A stretch of 32,000 nt of DNA from assembly GCA_963758145.1 (NCBI GenBank), contig CAVWUK010000003.1:1-32000 (forward strand). The letters are read 5' to 3'. Below the pieces are notes generated by a model. It made no database searches and was not told where the DNA came from. It saw nothing but the letters and a program-made list of their open reading frames with translations. This DNA is from an uncultured Gammaproteobacteria bacterium (GTDB lineage Bacteria > Pseudomonadota > Gammaproteobacteria > Steroidobacterales > Steroidobacteraceae). The translations under genes and the position numbers were made by a program. Below, one piece after another: positions 6,913 through 17,089 of this stretch. Numbering within the stretch: position 1 is the first letter of the stretch; each line of letters starts with the position of its first letter.

Positions 6913-8104
6913 CTACCCCTTGGCCTTTTGGACCCCCCCAAACACCCCCGCCAGCAGGGACTGAAAGGTGTCTTTCGCTTGTGCCGTTGCCCGCCCCTGT
7001 TGATCTTCCAAACTCCGGCCGTCAGCAGCGCGAGCCCGGAATACCTCTTGGTTCGACATAGGCGGTAGGTAAACGAGAACGCTCTTCACATCGCCTTGAT
7101 TTATGCTTGATTGGTTTATCGCGTGTTTCGCGTTCTTTATCAGGGCCGAGCGAGCGAACGCGGTCTGCAGGTATGCAATAACAAATTCGGGAAGAACCCT
7201 CTCCCTGCTCACAGATACCCTCATCATATTAGACTCGTATACGGCAGACTCCTCGAGCCGCGGAATTATCGCGCTTTTACCTAAGTACTCCGGGCTATTA
7301 ACACGATTAACAACAATGTCTCCCTCCGTGAGGCGAAAACGCTTAGCCTCTGCCGTGTCTAGCCGTAGCCGTTTCCATTCGGCCATCGGCCGCACTCGCC
7401 CATCATAAAATCCATCAATTCGCAGTATTGGAGTACCGGAACCATACGTACCGGCATGCTTGTATAGGCCATTTTGCGGACCACCCGCGACAACCTCCCC
7501 AAGCGTGGTTGTCCGCCATCCCTTCGGATTCGTCGCCGGTTCTCCAAACATATCCAGAAACAGCGTCGGAACAATCTCTCTGGCCTTTTGCTCCGCCTCC
7601 CGCCGCATCCGCACGATGTTTTCGGCGCGCGACACCAGATCAACAATTCGACGCTGTTCGTCTAGGGATGGAAGCGGCACATCCCACGTTTCGACTTCAG
7701 ACTTCCGAATGGATGGAGGGTTTGAGTCACTTGCAAAATCTGAGAGATTCTTCGTCCTAAATAGGTAGTAGAGATACCGCGGTTCCACACGAGTCGAGTC
7801 GCCTGTAAGCCCATGAATTGTTGTCAATGCAACATGGGCGCGTTAGAAGACGCTTCTTATTAGTCGCAATGGCAGCACCAATCTTGGGAAAAATCACTGT
7901 GCCCGGTTGGAAAACCTTTGCTCGGAGCCGCGAGCGGACTGCGTCGGACACGGAATGATTCCAACGGGTGATCTCTATCTCATTCCCTGGAAGATTCATG
8001 TCACTGACTTTGAGAAATGGGAACGCGGCGTCGGGGACTCCCTGATCGAGGATAGGAAATCCGCTTCCTGAATCAATAGCCGCAAAGTCCGAAAGGCGCA
8101 TCAC
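6913..8104 (-). pseudogene. hsdS: Type I R-M specificity subunit HsdS, one frameshift
   Basis: N-terminal TRD piece is 8104-~7835 (..VIFPKIGAAIATNKKRLLTRP). The remainder is in another frame (AHVALTTIHGL..LPSLDEQRRIVDLVSRAENIVRMRREAEQKAREIVPTLFLDMFG..second TRD..). The start overlaps the hsdM stop (GTGATG). Confidence 0.8.
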
Positions 8105-9725
8105 GCGTTATCCGCCAACGCCTCTCTCAACGCCGCAACTTCGCTCGCAATTTCCCGCTCCAACTCCGCGAGCTCGTCGAGCAGCTCCCGCGGATCGCGA
8201 TGCACGGCTGTTGAGGCATTCACCGGGCGATATCGCCCGGCCGACAGATTGAATTCATTGGCGCGCAGTTCCGCTGCATCGGCAAACCACCACTTGGCAT
8301 GCCACGGCGCCTTGGAATCGCGTTCGGCCCATTCCACTGCCTTGGCTTCGCGATCCCGGTACGCGGCCACCAATTCCGGCAAGTCGTCGGCCTCTATCGG
8401 CGTGTCGTGGTTCGCATCGAGCTTGTAGCCGTCATTGTCGACATGCAGAAACAGCACTCGGTCGGTCGTTCCTCCCTTCTTGAAGAGCAGGACCGACGTC
8501 TTGACGCCGGAATACGGCTGAAACACCCCGCCGGGTAGTGACATCACCGCTTCGACCCGATTGTTCTCGATCAATTGCCGCCGGATTTCCTTGTGCGCGC
8601 CCGTCGAACCAAAAAGCAGTCCTTCCGGCACGATCACGCCGCAGCGGCCGCCGGCGCGCAGGCTTTCCATCATGTACTTGAGAAACAAGACTTCCGTCGA
8701 CTTGGCATTGCCAACTTTCACATCGTCGACGACGCGGTCGGAATCGATCTTGCCGGCGAATGGCGGATTGGCTAGCACGACGTGATAGCCCTCATCGGGA
8801 AGCTGCAGCTCCGCCTTCTTTTCGGAGTCCAGGCTGCGTGGTCAACACATTGCGCAGCAGGATCCGCACATTCGGCAGTCCCCGTAGAGTCAAATTCATG
8901 GTAGCGAGCCGCACCATTTGCGGATCGACGTCATTGCCGAAAAAAGTCTTGGATCTGCAGCGTCGAGGCCTGTGCGGACGAAAGCTTATCGCCGATGCCG
9001 CGGCGCTGGATCTTGCCGTCGATCTCGACTTCCTGGATCCCCGCCGGCGACGAGTTGGCGAGTCGCATGTGATTGTAGGCGGCCACCAAAAACCCCGCCG
9101 TGCCGGCAGCAGGGTCATAGACCGTTTCGCCGATCTTTGGATCGATCATTTCGACGATCGCCCGGATGATGTGTCGCGGCGTGCGGAACTGCCCCAATTC
9201 GCCAGCCTGCTTGATTTGCTTGAGCACGTGCTCGAACAAATCACCCTTCGTGTCGGCATCCTCCCGATCGAGCTTCAGGCCGTCCACGAGGGTCACGACT
9301 TGGGTGAGTACCGTCGGCTCGGTGATATTGAGCCGCGCACCACGCATGAAGTTGGTGGCCGACCGAGTCGCAATTTCCTCGAAGAACGCAAACACCTCGT
9401 CTTGCACGAAGCGCACCAGCGCCTCGCCGGACAGGCCGCGCGCCCACACCGACCAGCGGAACCGATCACGCGGAATGCTGGTCTGGCCTTTCTCCGGTGC
9501 ATTCAGCGGATTTTTGAGCTCCCAGTCGCCGGCGAAGACGCTCTCATAGGCTTGTTCAAGCACCTTGGCGCGTTGCGCATTCTCGGCATCGATCCCTTCG
9601 ATCAAATAGAAGAAGAACAGGAATGAGAGCTGCTCGGCATTGGCCATTGGATTCGGATAACCACCCCCAAATAGGTAGTCCCGGATCTGGTCAATCTGGC
9701 GGCGCATATCAGCGGTCAACGGCAT
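8101..9725 (-). pseudogene. hsdM: Type I R-M N6-adenine DNA methyltransferase HsdM, two frameshifts
   Basis: The gene is in three pieces. First: ..GQFRTPRHIIRAIVEMIDPKIGETVYDPAAGTAGFLVAAY... Second: FFGNDVDPQMVRLATMNLTLRGL. Third: VLANPPFAGKI..EVLFLKYMMESLRAGGRCGVIVPEGLLF. Shifts lie at the A6 run 8940-8945 and near 8810-8830. Confidence 0.85.
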
Positions 9726-9766
9726 CAGTCTTCACTCTTTTATTTGTCCCCACGCGGGGCCACTTG

Positions 9767-11918
9767 CTAGGGTAACTTACGATCTCCCTGATACTCGCCT
9801 TTCGGGCGATCGCGAGCCTCCGAAAACGTTGGATCGGCAAAAACAAACGCATTCAGTGATTTCAGCGTCGCCTCCAGCCCCTTCTCGCCCCCAAAGCGCC
9901 GCACCGCCTGACCAATACCACCCAGCAGCGAGAATGGAGCAAAGGCGAAATTGCCGGTGGACACTTCCGTCCAGGTATCGGCATTGGCGCGAATTTGGCT
10001 CCCAACGAGCCCCAACCAACGCATCTGGTCGGACGTTAGCCCCTCTTGCGTGAGGAGCCATGCCTCAAAACGCGCACCGAGCGCCGCACTTTTGGCTTCC
10101 GAAGCCTGAGGAAACACGAGTCGGCCGTCTTCATCTACCGTAATCCAGGCCCGCGTCATCGGATCAATATGATCCTCCACATCAACGACCAGCAGCCGGC
10201 GGGGCTGGTAGCTCTTCTTCGGCCGAGGCTCCGCGACAAAGCCGCCCTCCCCCACGGCATCGTCATCGCCGTGATAATCGGAAACCCCCACAAAATCGAA
10301 CATCGTAAAGAGTGGCTTGCCCTTGGATTTGCGCGTGCCGCGGCCGCGCATTTGCTGATAAAGAATCGCCGATTTCGTAAACCGCGCGAACACCAGATTC
10401 ACCACTTCCGGACAATCAAACCCGGTGTCTAGCATGTTGACAGACACCAGAATCTCCGGGAACTTCTCCTTCTTGAAGCGCTTGATCAGAGTCTCGCTGA
10501 CCGGGCTGTCGTCATTCCCAAGGCCCGACACCACGTAATCGGCATAGCGGATCTCGGGGGAAGGCTTCTGGTCCGCATATGCGGCATCGAATAGCTGCGC
10601 GAGGATCTCCGCGTGGCGCTTCGTGACCGCAGAAAACGATGGTTTTGCCGAGCAGCGGTTTACGTTGAATCCCTTTGGCATCGACGTAGCCGTCTTTGAG
10701 CACACTTTGAAACTCTCGAACCATGGCGCGATTTCGCTCCGGAATCGTAAAGCGTCGCTCGAGAGCCGATGGATCGACCGTAATCGGATCCCCCGTCTCG
10801 AACAGCTTCTCGAACTCGGTGCGGCTGTCGGTATCCAGCGCTGCCCAGTCAATATCGGAGCGACTGACCGGAAATCCGCCCTCTGCCGCGGTCTTGACCG
10901 TCTTTGCCTTGTAGATTTGATACGGAACCAGATACCCCTCACGGATGGCATCTCGCATCTTGTAGGAGTACGTCGGCGTCTCGACTTCGAAGAACCGCAT
11001 CGTGTCCCGCACAAAGAGCTTGTCCTCCTCGTCTGGCGCATCATCGTCCACATCGGCGACGCACGGCGTCGCCGTGAGCCCAATCTGCACTCCGTCAAAA
11101 TGCTCTAGCACGCCCCGCCACTTGCCATAAATGCTTCGGTGACACTCATCCGAAATCACCAGGTCGAAATACCCGGCCGAGTAGTCGCGGTAGATATTGA
11201 TCATGCTCTGCAGCGTCGTGATCGTGATGCGCTTTTCATCCTGAAAGCGCCGCCCGCTTTGCAACCGATACGACGGATAATCCGGCAAGTGCTCGGCGAA
11301 GGCATCTTCGGTCTGTTTTGCGAGCGTATTGCGATCTACGAGGAACAGTACTCGCGTAACGGCATTGGCTTCGAAAAGGCGTTTAATGAACGCCGCCGCG
11401 GTCCGCGTCTTGCCCGTCCCGGTCGCCATTTCGACCAGCATCTTGCGCCGGCCGCGGTGAAACTCGCCGGTGAGGACCTCAATACAATCCGTCTGATATT
11501 CCCGCTCGACAATGCGATGATCGATCGGCACAAATCGCGGATCCCGCCGAACCACCCGCGTCGCAAACCGTCTCTCGAGATCCTCCGGCTCGAAAAACGT
11601 CTTGACCGGGCGCGGATGCGCCTCGTTCTCCCAGTCCCAGAACCGAACCTCATCGCCGTTGCTTAAGAATATGAACGGAACCTTTAATTGCACGGCATAG
11701 GCCTTCGCCTGAGCCGCCGCATCCGCCGGGTTGACGGCCGCTCGCTTCGCTTCTACGACCGCGAGGGATCGCCCGTTCCGATCACACAGCACATAGTCGG
11801 CCTTCGTACCATCCTGAAGCACATACTCAAAACGCACGGCATTGGAGTTCTGAATTTCCCAGCCTTGATCCTTGAGCTGCGCGTCTATCTTGACCCGAGA
11901 GAATGCCTCATTCGTCAT
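9767..11918 (-). pseudogene. hsdR: Type I restriction enzyme R subunit HsdR (EcoEI-like C-terminus), one frameshift
   Basis: It has an HsdR_N-like N-terminus, helicase motifs MATGTGKTRTAA and VISDECHRS, then ..GKTIVF. The frame then changes to SAVTKRHAEILAQLF..VSVNMLDTGFDCPEVVNLVF..QQMRGRGTR... The C-terminal LTSDQMRWLGLVGSQIRAN tail is EcoEI_R_C-like. The shift lies near 10625-10640. Confidence 0.85.
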
Positions 11919-12013
11919 TTAGCAACCCATTGTTTCACCACCGCATTCAGATTTCGCGCAGCGCGCACTGATCTCGGTGGTTTCGTCACTTTTCGTGGAC
12001 TCGCTGTGCCCCG

Positions 12014-12865
12014 CTAGGACATCGCGCTGATCCAAAAATCCAACTTCGCATGATTTGCCAGCTCCATCATTAACACCACTCGCCAATGACTGGCGCCATA
12101 AATCGCTCTTCTATCTACCGCCTGGGCCTTCAAAAATCCTTTTGGATTGGTGCCACCCGAATCCAAATGCACCCGACAGTCCGCGAGAATCTCACCAATC
12201 TCGTCGTTACTCAATTCCTTATAGCGCTCAATCAGGTGAAGTCGCTCGAAATGGCACTCGATTAATCGCCACTGAGTTGCGCCAACGCCGTTGGGCCGAG
12301 CAAGACTGAATACGGCTCCTACGCCCGTTAAGTTCGCGTCTTCAATCAGAGTTACGCGAAGAAACGTCTTGTCCGGGATGTCGTCCGAAAACGAATGTAA
12401 GTACTGCCGTTCGCCGTTCGTCGTCAACCAATCGTCGTGTTTAATCGAGTTGCATCTTGAACAGCAAGGAACAAGGTTTAACGGGTGTACCGAGAACTCG
12501 GGAAAGCGTGCCATTGGCATGTAATGGTCAAATGTCGAGTACAGCGTCGTTCCGCACATTGGACAATATTTCATCGATCTGCGGGGTTGCGTGCGCTTTA
12601 TCGCTTCCTTTAGATCTCGCAGTGGCGATGTCGCGCCCTCGTAGCAAGCTCTCAATTCACTAGCGACAGCGTGCCTTCGCGCATCCGCTTTTACATCGCA
12701 GAGCTCGTCGGCATTCAATGCGCTGGTCAATTCGTCGAATCGCTCCTCTACGAAAACGTGTGCCGTAGTCAACTTCTCTCGCACCTTCAAATGCTTGCGA
12801 TCGCGTATCGCGATATAGCGCTCCAAATAACTTGGCGGACATTTAATCCTGACTAACGCCTTCAT
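12014..12865 (-). CDS. HNH endonuclease (Septu PtuB-like partner of the upstream ATPase)
   Basis: HNH core is CPMCGTTLYSTFDHYMPMARFPEFSVHPLNLVPCCSRCNSIKHDDW. The start overlaps the ATPase stop (ATGA at 12862-12865). Confidence 0.85.
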   Translation of the reverse strand: MKALVRIKCPPSYLERYIAIRDRKHLKVREKLTTAHVFVEERFDELTSALNADELCDVKADARRHAVASELRACYEGATSPLRDLKEAIKRTQPRRSMKYCPMCGTTLYSTFDHYMPMARFPEFSVHPLNLVPCCSRCNSIKHDDWLTTNGERQYLHSFSDDIPDKTFLRVTLIEDANLTGVGAVFSLARPNGVGATQWRLIECHFERLHLIERYKELSNDEIGEILADCRVHLDSGGTNPKGFLKAQAVDRRAIYGASHWRVVLMMELANHAKLDFWISAMS

Positions 12866-14355
12866 GATCTATTGCTGTACTGCGCTAGAAGGTAAGCCTG
12901 CGCGCTTAAACTCAAGCGGCCCTCAAATCGAGCTATAACCTCCTCTGCAGACTCCTCGTACGCTAGTTGCTTGAGCGTTCTACGATAAAGGCTATCCACG
13001 TCGATCGTTTCAAACACGTGGCGTGTTAACTCTGTGACACTCTCCCCAAAGCTTTCCAGACCGAGCGGCTCTGCCTCTGTTACGTTTCCTGTTCGCTGAA
13101 ATACTACGACACGCTTTGAAGGAATCTGCTGAATCACAACAGGCGAGTGCGTAGCCACTATGGAATATGAATCATGCGCGGCCAGCACGTCCGTCAGAAC
13201 TAGAAACAGATTGGCAACCGCATTTGGATGAAGATGAGTTTCGGGCTCGTCAAACAAGACAAGACTGTTGGGCTGAATCCAGGCTAAGAGAGACGTTACG
13301 AAATGACAGAGGATCGATTGTCCAGAGCTCAACAATGACAAGGCCTGATCGTCTTCCGTAGGATCGGCAATCTCTTTCTCAAGACTAGCGGACATCGATT
13401 CGCTTGAATCTCCCAATATTCGCTGCATGTAGTCGGTCCATTCAGTCTGTATCACTCTATCCCGGATACGCTGCTGGTTTTTCCTATAAGCTTCAATTAG
13501 AGAGGTTTGAGAAAGATTCCCCTTTTCATTCCGTATTCCGCAATAGACATAGCTGCTTGTAGTATCGCGGCGCGGGCGCTTGAAACGATCGAAAGCACTG
13601 TAGGAGATCGCGACAATACGAGTGAACAGTGGACGGCCCGCTGGAAACCGGTTTTCACGTTCGACGGCGGAATTGGCCGATACCTGCGCGATTTGAGAAA
13701 GATCTTCCCCGAGTTTAGCCAAGAACCGTGTCTTACCAACGGCGTTTCGACCGATTATTCCAAACACTCTCCCGGGAAGAGAATCCTTGCCGTTAAAGTC
13801 CACGCCCAGAATCGTGGGGGCTTCAGCGCCATCGATGGTGCATGAGTAGGAAAATGCGAAATTCTCTAGAATACTTTGACCCTGGACCCAAGCTTGGCCG
13901 AATCGCCTAGATCTTCGTGCGCCATTTTCCCTCATCATCGCATTACGAAACGGGGTTGTAGGTTCGAAGTCCGCCGACAGAGCTGGTTGCCACGCAATAT
14001 CACGCAGCGCAATAAGAATGTCCTTTCCGTTGTCTCCGAATAGTTTATTCAAGTTCTTGTAGTAGTCGTCCTCTTGGGCAAGCGATATGAAGTCTTCACT
14101 TAGAGAGCTGAAAGATTTGGGAAGTTCGGTGGCGGGCGCCACCCTGATTGGTTCCTGTGGTGAACTTATTCGATGAAGGATTTTTACCGCGCCAATGCGG
14201 GTCTCCGCACCGTCTTTATCTATATAGGCGAGATGAAACTGGATCACATGTCCAAAGTCGTCCCAGTTGTCAGTTGTCAGGGCAAAGATCGGGCGAGGAC
14301 TATTTGGTATTCTTTCTCGGTGGCGCCTGACCACAAACGCTAGATTTGAAGCCAT
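12862..14355 (-). CDS. ABC/AAA_15-21-type ATPase with an unassigned ~160-aa N-terminal domain (Septu PtuA-like)
   Basis: Walker A GRNAVGKT (aa 202-209), signature LSSGQ, Walker B LVLFDEPETHLHP and H-loop VATHSP are present. AAGGA lies ~10 nt upstream of the ATG. Confidence 0.85.
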   Translation of the reverse strand: MASNLAFVVRRHRERIPNSPRPIFALTTDNWDDFGHVIQFHLAYIDKDGAETRIGAVKILHRISSPQEPIRVAPATELPKSFSSLSEDFISLAQEDDYYKNLNKLFGDNGKDILIALRDIAWQPALSADFEPTTPFRNAMMRENGARRSRRFGQAWVQGQSILENFAFSYSCTIDGAEAPTILGVDFNGKDSLPGRVFGIIGRNAVGKTRFLAKLGEDLSQIAQVSANSAVERENRFPAGRPLFTRIVAISYSAFDRFKRPRRDTTSSYVYCGIRNEKGNLSQTSLIEAYRKNQQRIRDRVIQTEWTDYMQRILGDSSESMSASLEKEIADPTEDDQALSLLSSGQSILCHFVTSLLAWIQPNSLVLFDEPETHLHPNAVANLFLVLTDVLAAHDSYSIVATHSPVVIQQIPSKRVVVFQRTGNVTEAEPLGLESFGESVTELTRHVFETIDVDSLYRRTLKQLAYEESAEEVIARFEGRLSLSAQAYLLAQYSNRS

Positions 14356-14416
14356 TACCGTGTTTCCTTACGCGTCGTATCCATTGTAGTCTGATCCCGC
14401 ACTCAGCAATCCTCTA

Positions 14417-15217
14417 TCACGCCTCCATATTAAGCTTTGCCTTCAGGTCAGCCGCGATTTTCTTCAAGGCCGCCAATGCATCAAATGCACTTCCTCGATC
14501 GCACACTTCTCCCAGTCGCGCTTGTCGACCTGGATGAATTAGATTCCGATAATTCTGTGCGAGTTCGGCCTGTTTTCTTTTATTGCTCGAGATTAGTTGG
14601 CAGACGAAGGCAGCCTCGATCATGGGACCCAGAGACCACCCGTTAAGAGGCTTTAAAATCCATGACTGCAGCGAGGGTGAATTCGCTGCCTTATTGACTT
14701 CTGGTTTGTCGAGTTGCTCGAGCGCCCAAAGCAGCAAGGCCTCGATAATGGAACCTGCTAGTACCGCCGCAGCCTTGTATTCATGATTAATGAGTGCAGA
14801 ATTGGCAGAGGTCATGTCTGTCCGAAGCATGTTGCGAAACTTACTGTCAGGAAGAAACTCGAGACCTGTCGAATCTGCCGAAGGCGCCTCGTCCGGGCAC
14901 TTTTCCAAATGGTTTATTAATTGAAATAACGAACTATGCTCCTGGCCCGCAAGCCCGCGATCATAAAGTTGGTTGTTAGCTTGGTTTCGATCCTCCCACG
15001 CATTTCGAAGCGCGGACAAGTTGGCCCAAAACAGGACATCGTCGCCGGCAGATAGACGAATAAGCTCCTCGGGTATGCTAGCGGTCAGGTCCAGGACTGC
15101 ACGCACGTCTGTCCCGCGCCGTATGCGGTTCTGGCCCTTCTCCGCCTTTTCCCCGACAAGGTCTGGAAAAGGCTCCGAGATAAAGACACGAACCTGGCTT
15201 GGAACGGTTCTAGCCAT
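14417..15217 (-). CDS. Hypothetical 266-aa protein with a helical HEPN-like C-terminal half
   Basis: Intact ORF 17 nt downstream of the PRTase stop. The C-terminal half (EYKAAAVLAGSIIEALLLWALE ... AELAQNYRNLIHPGR ... FDALAALKKIAADL) resembles HEPN four-helix domains. However the motif is R-x3-H rather than the canonical R-x4-6-H. Confidence 0.6.
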   Translation of the reverse strand: MARTVPSQVRVFISEPFPDLVGEKAEKGQNRIRRGTDVRAVLDLTASIPEELIRLSAGDDVLFWANLSALRNAWEDRNQANNQLYDRGLAGQEHSSLFQLINHLEKCPDEAPSADSTGLEFLPDSKFRNMLRTDMTSANSALINHEYKAAAVLAGSIIEALLLWALEQLDKPEVNKAANSPSLQSWILKPLNGWSLGPMIEAAFVCQLISSNKRKQAELAQNYRNLIHPGRQARLGEVCDRGSAFDALAALKKIAADLKAKLNMEA

Positions 15218-15234
15218 GTGCTTACAATTTCATC

Positions 15235-15858
15235 TTATGGTCGACGCCACGACTCGCCGTCGCTGTCTAGGTCGATAGTCCCCGTGACGGGCTCCCGAAT
15301 CGCTTCAATCTCGCCATCGGTGATGGATCGAACTAGCGCGAACGCCTTGATGTCGGCGGCTGCAATTTCGCTCTGCGCGCGAGAAGCGGCACCCAGAAAT
15401 GTGGCGCCACGCGTCACAAAGTCGTCAATCAACACGATGCGTTCCGGCTTTATCAGCGATTGCTCCATAGAGATGGTATCGAAATGCTCGAGAGCGCGCG
15501 GTCGGTCTGCGCCTCTAGTCCACGCCGACTTGGTTACCCTCCTCGTTCGTTTGAGTACCGGGCTGACGGTACCTAGCCCGCGCTTCGCGAGCGCGGTTGC
15601 AATGCGTTCCGCCGTGCCGACGGCGCCGGGCGCCAACGGTGCGTGGCCTGGTACGGGTATCAGCACTACGTCCGAGCCGAAAAACTGCGGAAATTCGCCG
15701 GCGGCGACGAGCTGCTCAACATGCTCCGCAATTTGCTGGAATAAGCGTATGTCGTTACTCTTGATCCGATCTCGCAATTCCCGAGATTTCTTCGACACAT
15801 CTGAGACGCCTTTCGTCGAGTAAACGAAGGGTGTCGCAAACGGTACCCGATTGATCAA
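15235..15858 (-). CDS. Phosphoribosyltransferase (ComF-like PRTase)
   Basis: PRPP-binding motif ERIVLIDDFVTRGATF. The likely TTG start at 15858 overlaps the DprA-like stop (TTGA). The ORF-track ATG at 16047 would overlap the upstream gene. Confidence 0.8.
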   Translation of the reverse strand: MINRVPFATPFVYSTKGVSDVSKKSRELRDRIKSNDIRLFQQIAEHVEQLVAAGEFPQFFGSDVVLIPVPGHAPLAPGAVGTAERIATALAKRGLGTVSPVLKRTRRVTKSAWTRGADRPRALEHFDTISMEQSLIKPERIVLIDDFVTRGATFLGAASRAQSEIAAADIKAFALVRSITDGEIEAIREPVTGTIDLDSDGESWRRP

Positions 15859-16541
15859 AAGTAATCCGCCAACCCTTTGTCGTAGCGACGGGTGACGGCT
15901 GGAATATCTGACAGCATCTCGTCGAGGTTGTCGCGCGACAGAACGTGGGCGCCATAGTGAATCATCTTTGCTGGCCAGGACAAGGTGGAATCTTTCGCCA
16001 CGCTTTCCAACAGAAACAATTGACGCCCTAGTCGCAGAGCTTCCCATCCTTGATGCACGGTTCCGCTTTTTTCACCCGCCTCCACGATCACGGTCGCATC
16101 CGTAAGCAACGCCATGGTGCGATTGCGAATCGGAAAGTTCTTTTGCGTGGCGGCGCTGCCGATCGGAAACTGAGTGACCACAAGTTGCTCGCGTGCCATG
16201 CGTATGCTGCAGCTCCTTGTTTTCGCTCGGATAATAATTATCGAGCGGCGTGCCAATGACTGCAACCGTCTCCCCGCCCGCTTCGAGCGCACTGGTATGC
16301 GCCGCCGTATCAATTCCTTCGGCGAGTCCACTGACCACCACGACCCCGTGATCAACCAGCGCGCGCGACAACGAGCGCGCGCGCTTCAGGCCTTCGGCGG
16401 AGGCCTTTCGAGACCCACGACGGACACTCGCGGACCATGACTGAGCAGCTCGCGGTTACCCTGAAAATATAGGGTTTTTGGCGCATTTTTCTCTTCGACG
16501 TCAGTCAGAGTTCCAAGCGCTTCCGCGACGGTCATCTGCAT
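15855..16541 (-). pseudogene. DprA/Smf-like (SLOG Rossmann) protein, two frameshifts
   Basis: The gene is in three pieces. First: MQMTVAEALG..GPRVSVVG. Second: SRKASAEGLKRARSLSRALVDHGVVVVSGLAEGIDTAAHTSALEAGGETVAVIGTPLDNYYPSENKELQ. Third: REQLVVTQFPIGSAATQKNFPIRNRTMALLTDATVIVEAGEKSGTVHQGWEALRLGRQLFLL. Shifts lie near 16405 and 16205. GGGGAG lies 6 nt before ATG 16541. Confidence 0.75.
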
Positions 16542-16649
16542 GGAACGCTCCCCATTTGAGAAGAGTGGATTAAATGCGCGCGCCGGCATAAGCGTAGGTT
16601 AGCACCGACTGGGAACGCAAGCAGCTTTTGCGAATATTCGCGTCTCGCA

Positions 16650-16764
16650 CTATTCGACCGCTCTTTTGATGGCCTCGAGAATCGCATCCCTTGTCTTCGG
16701 ATCCGCAAACTCCACTATCAATTTCCCCGCCCCGCTCGATTTCTGCTGCAGCTCGACCCGCACC
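16650..16764 (-). pseudogene. ParB-like C-terminal fragment
   Basis: PVRVELQQKSSGAGKLIVEFADPKTRDAILEAIKRAVE matches the ParB C-terminal dimerisation pattern (..V.i....G.G.l.I.f.s.e.l..il..l). There is no N-terminal part, and it abuts the integrase fragment. Confidence 0.35.
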
Positions 16765-16953
16765 GGCCTTGCAGCCAAACTGCCGTTTCCCATCCACCCG
16801 CACATGCTCCGCCACGCCTGCGGCTTCAAGCTCGCCAATGAGGGTCACGACACCCGATCACTGCAGCACTATCTCGGCCACAAGAATATCGCGCATACGG
16901 TGCGCTATACCGACCTGGCACCGGATAGATTCAAAAGATTCTGGAGAGACTGA
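16765..16953 (+). pseudogene. Tyrosine recombinase C-terminal fragment (FimB/integrase-like)
   Basis: LPFPIHPHMLRHACGFKLANEGHDTRSLQHYLGHKNIAHTVRYTDLAPDRFKRFW carries the HxxR..H..Y catalytic C-terminus only. It lies ~140 nt from the tRNA-Arg 3' end. Confidence 0.7.
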
Positions 16954-17089
16954 GTTGATCACTCCAAAGACCGGGAGGTCCGGTGCCGACTGGCTGGACC
17001 CCCATCACCGTCTAGAAGGCGAAGTGGTCACTCGTTGGTCACTCAAGATAAGCGGCTGGTGATCGTCTAACGGCAAGTGATTGATTTAA

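Larger units (their letters stand above)
1..17089. mobile_element. Degraded tRNA-associated genomic (defence) island; left end lies beyond the window
   Basis: The region is visibly AT-richer than 17.1-32 kb. It ends at the 3' end of tRNA-Arg (17090). It contains one frameshifted integrase (5182-6149), one integrase C-terminal fragment (16765-16953), a ParB fragment and several defence-type modules, many of them frameshifted. Confidence 0.6.

Noticed and set aside
8760-9626. 288-aa plus-strand ORF
   Set aside because: It is antisense to hsdM, and the hsdM homology on the minus strand explains the region.
15235-16047. 270-aa version of the PRTase ORF starting at ATG 16047
   Set aside because: The first ~60 residues overlap the DprA-like coding region and are not protein-like. 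The TTG at 15858 overlapping the upstream stop gives a standard-size PRTase.
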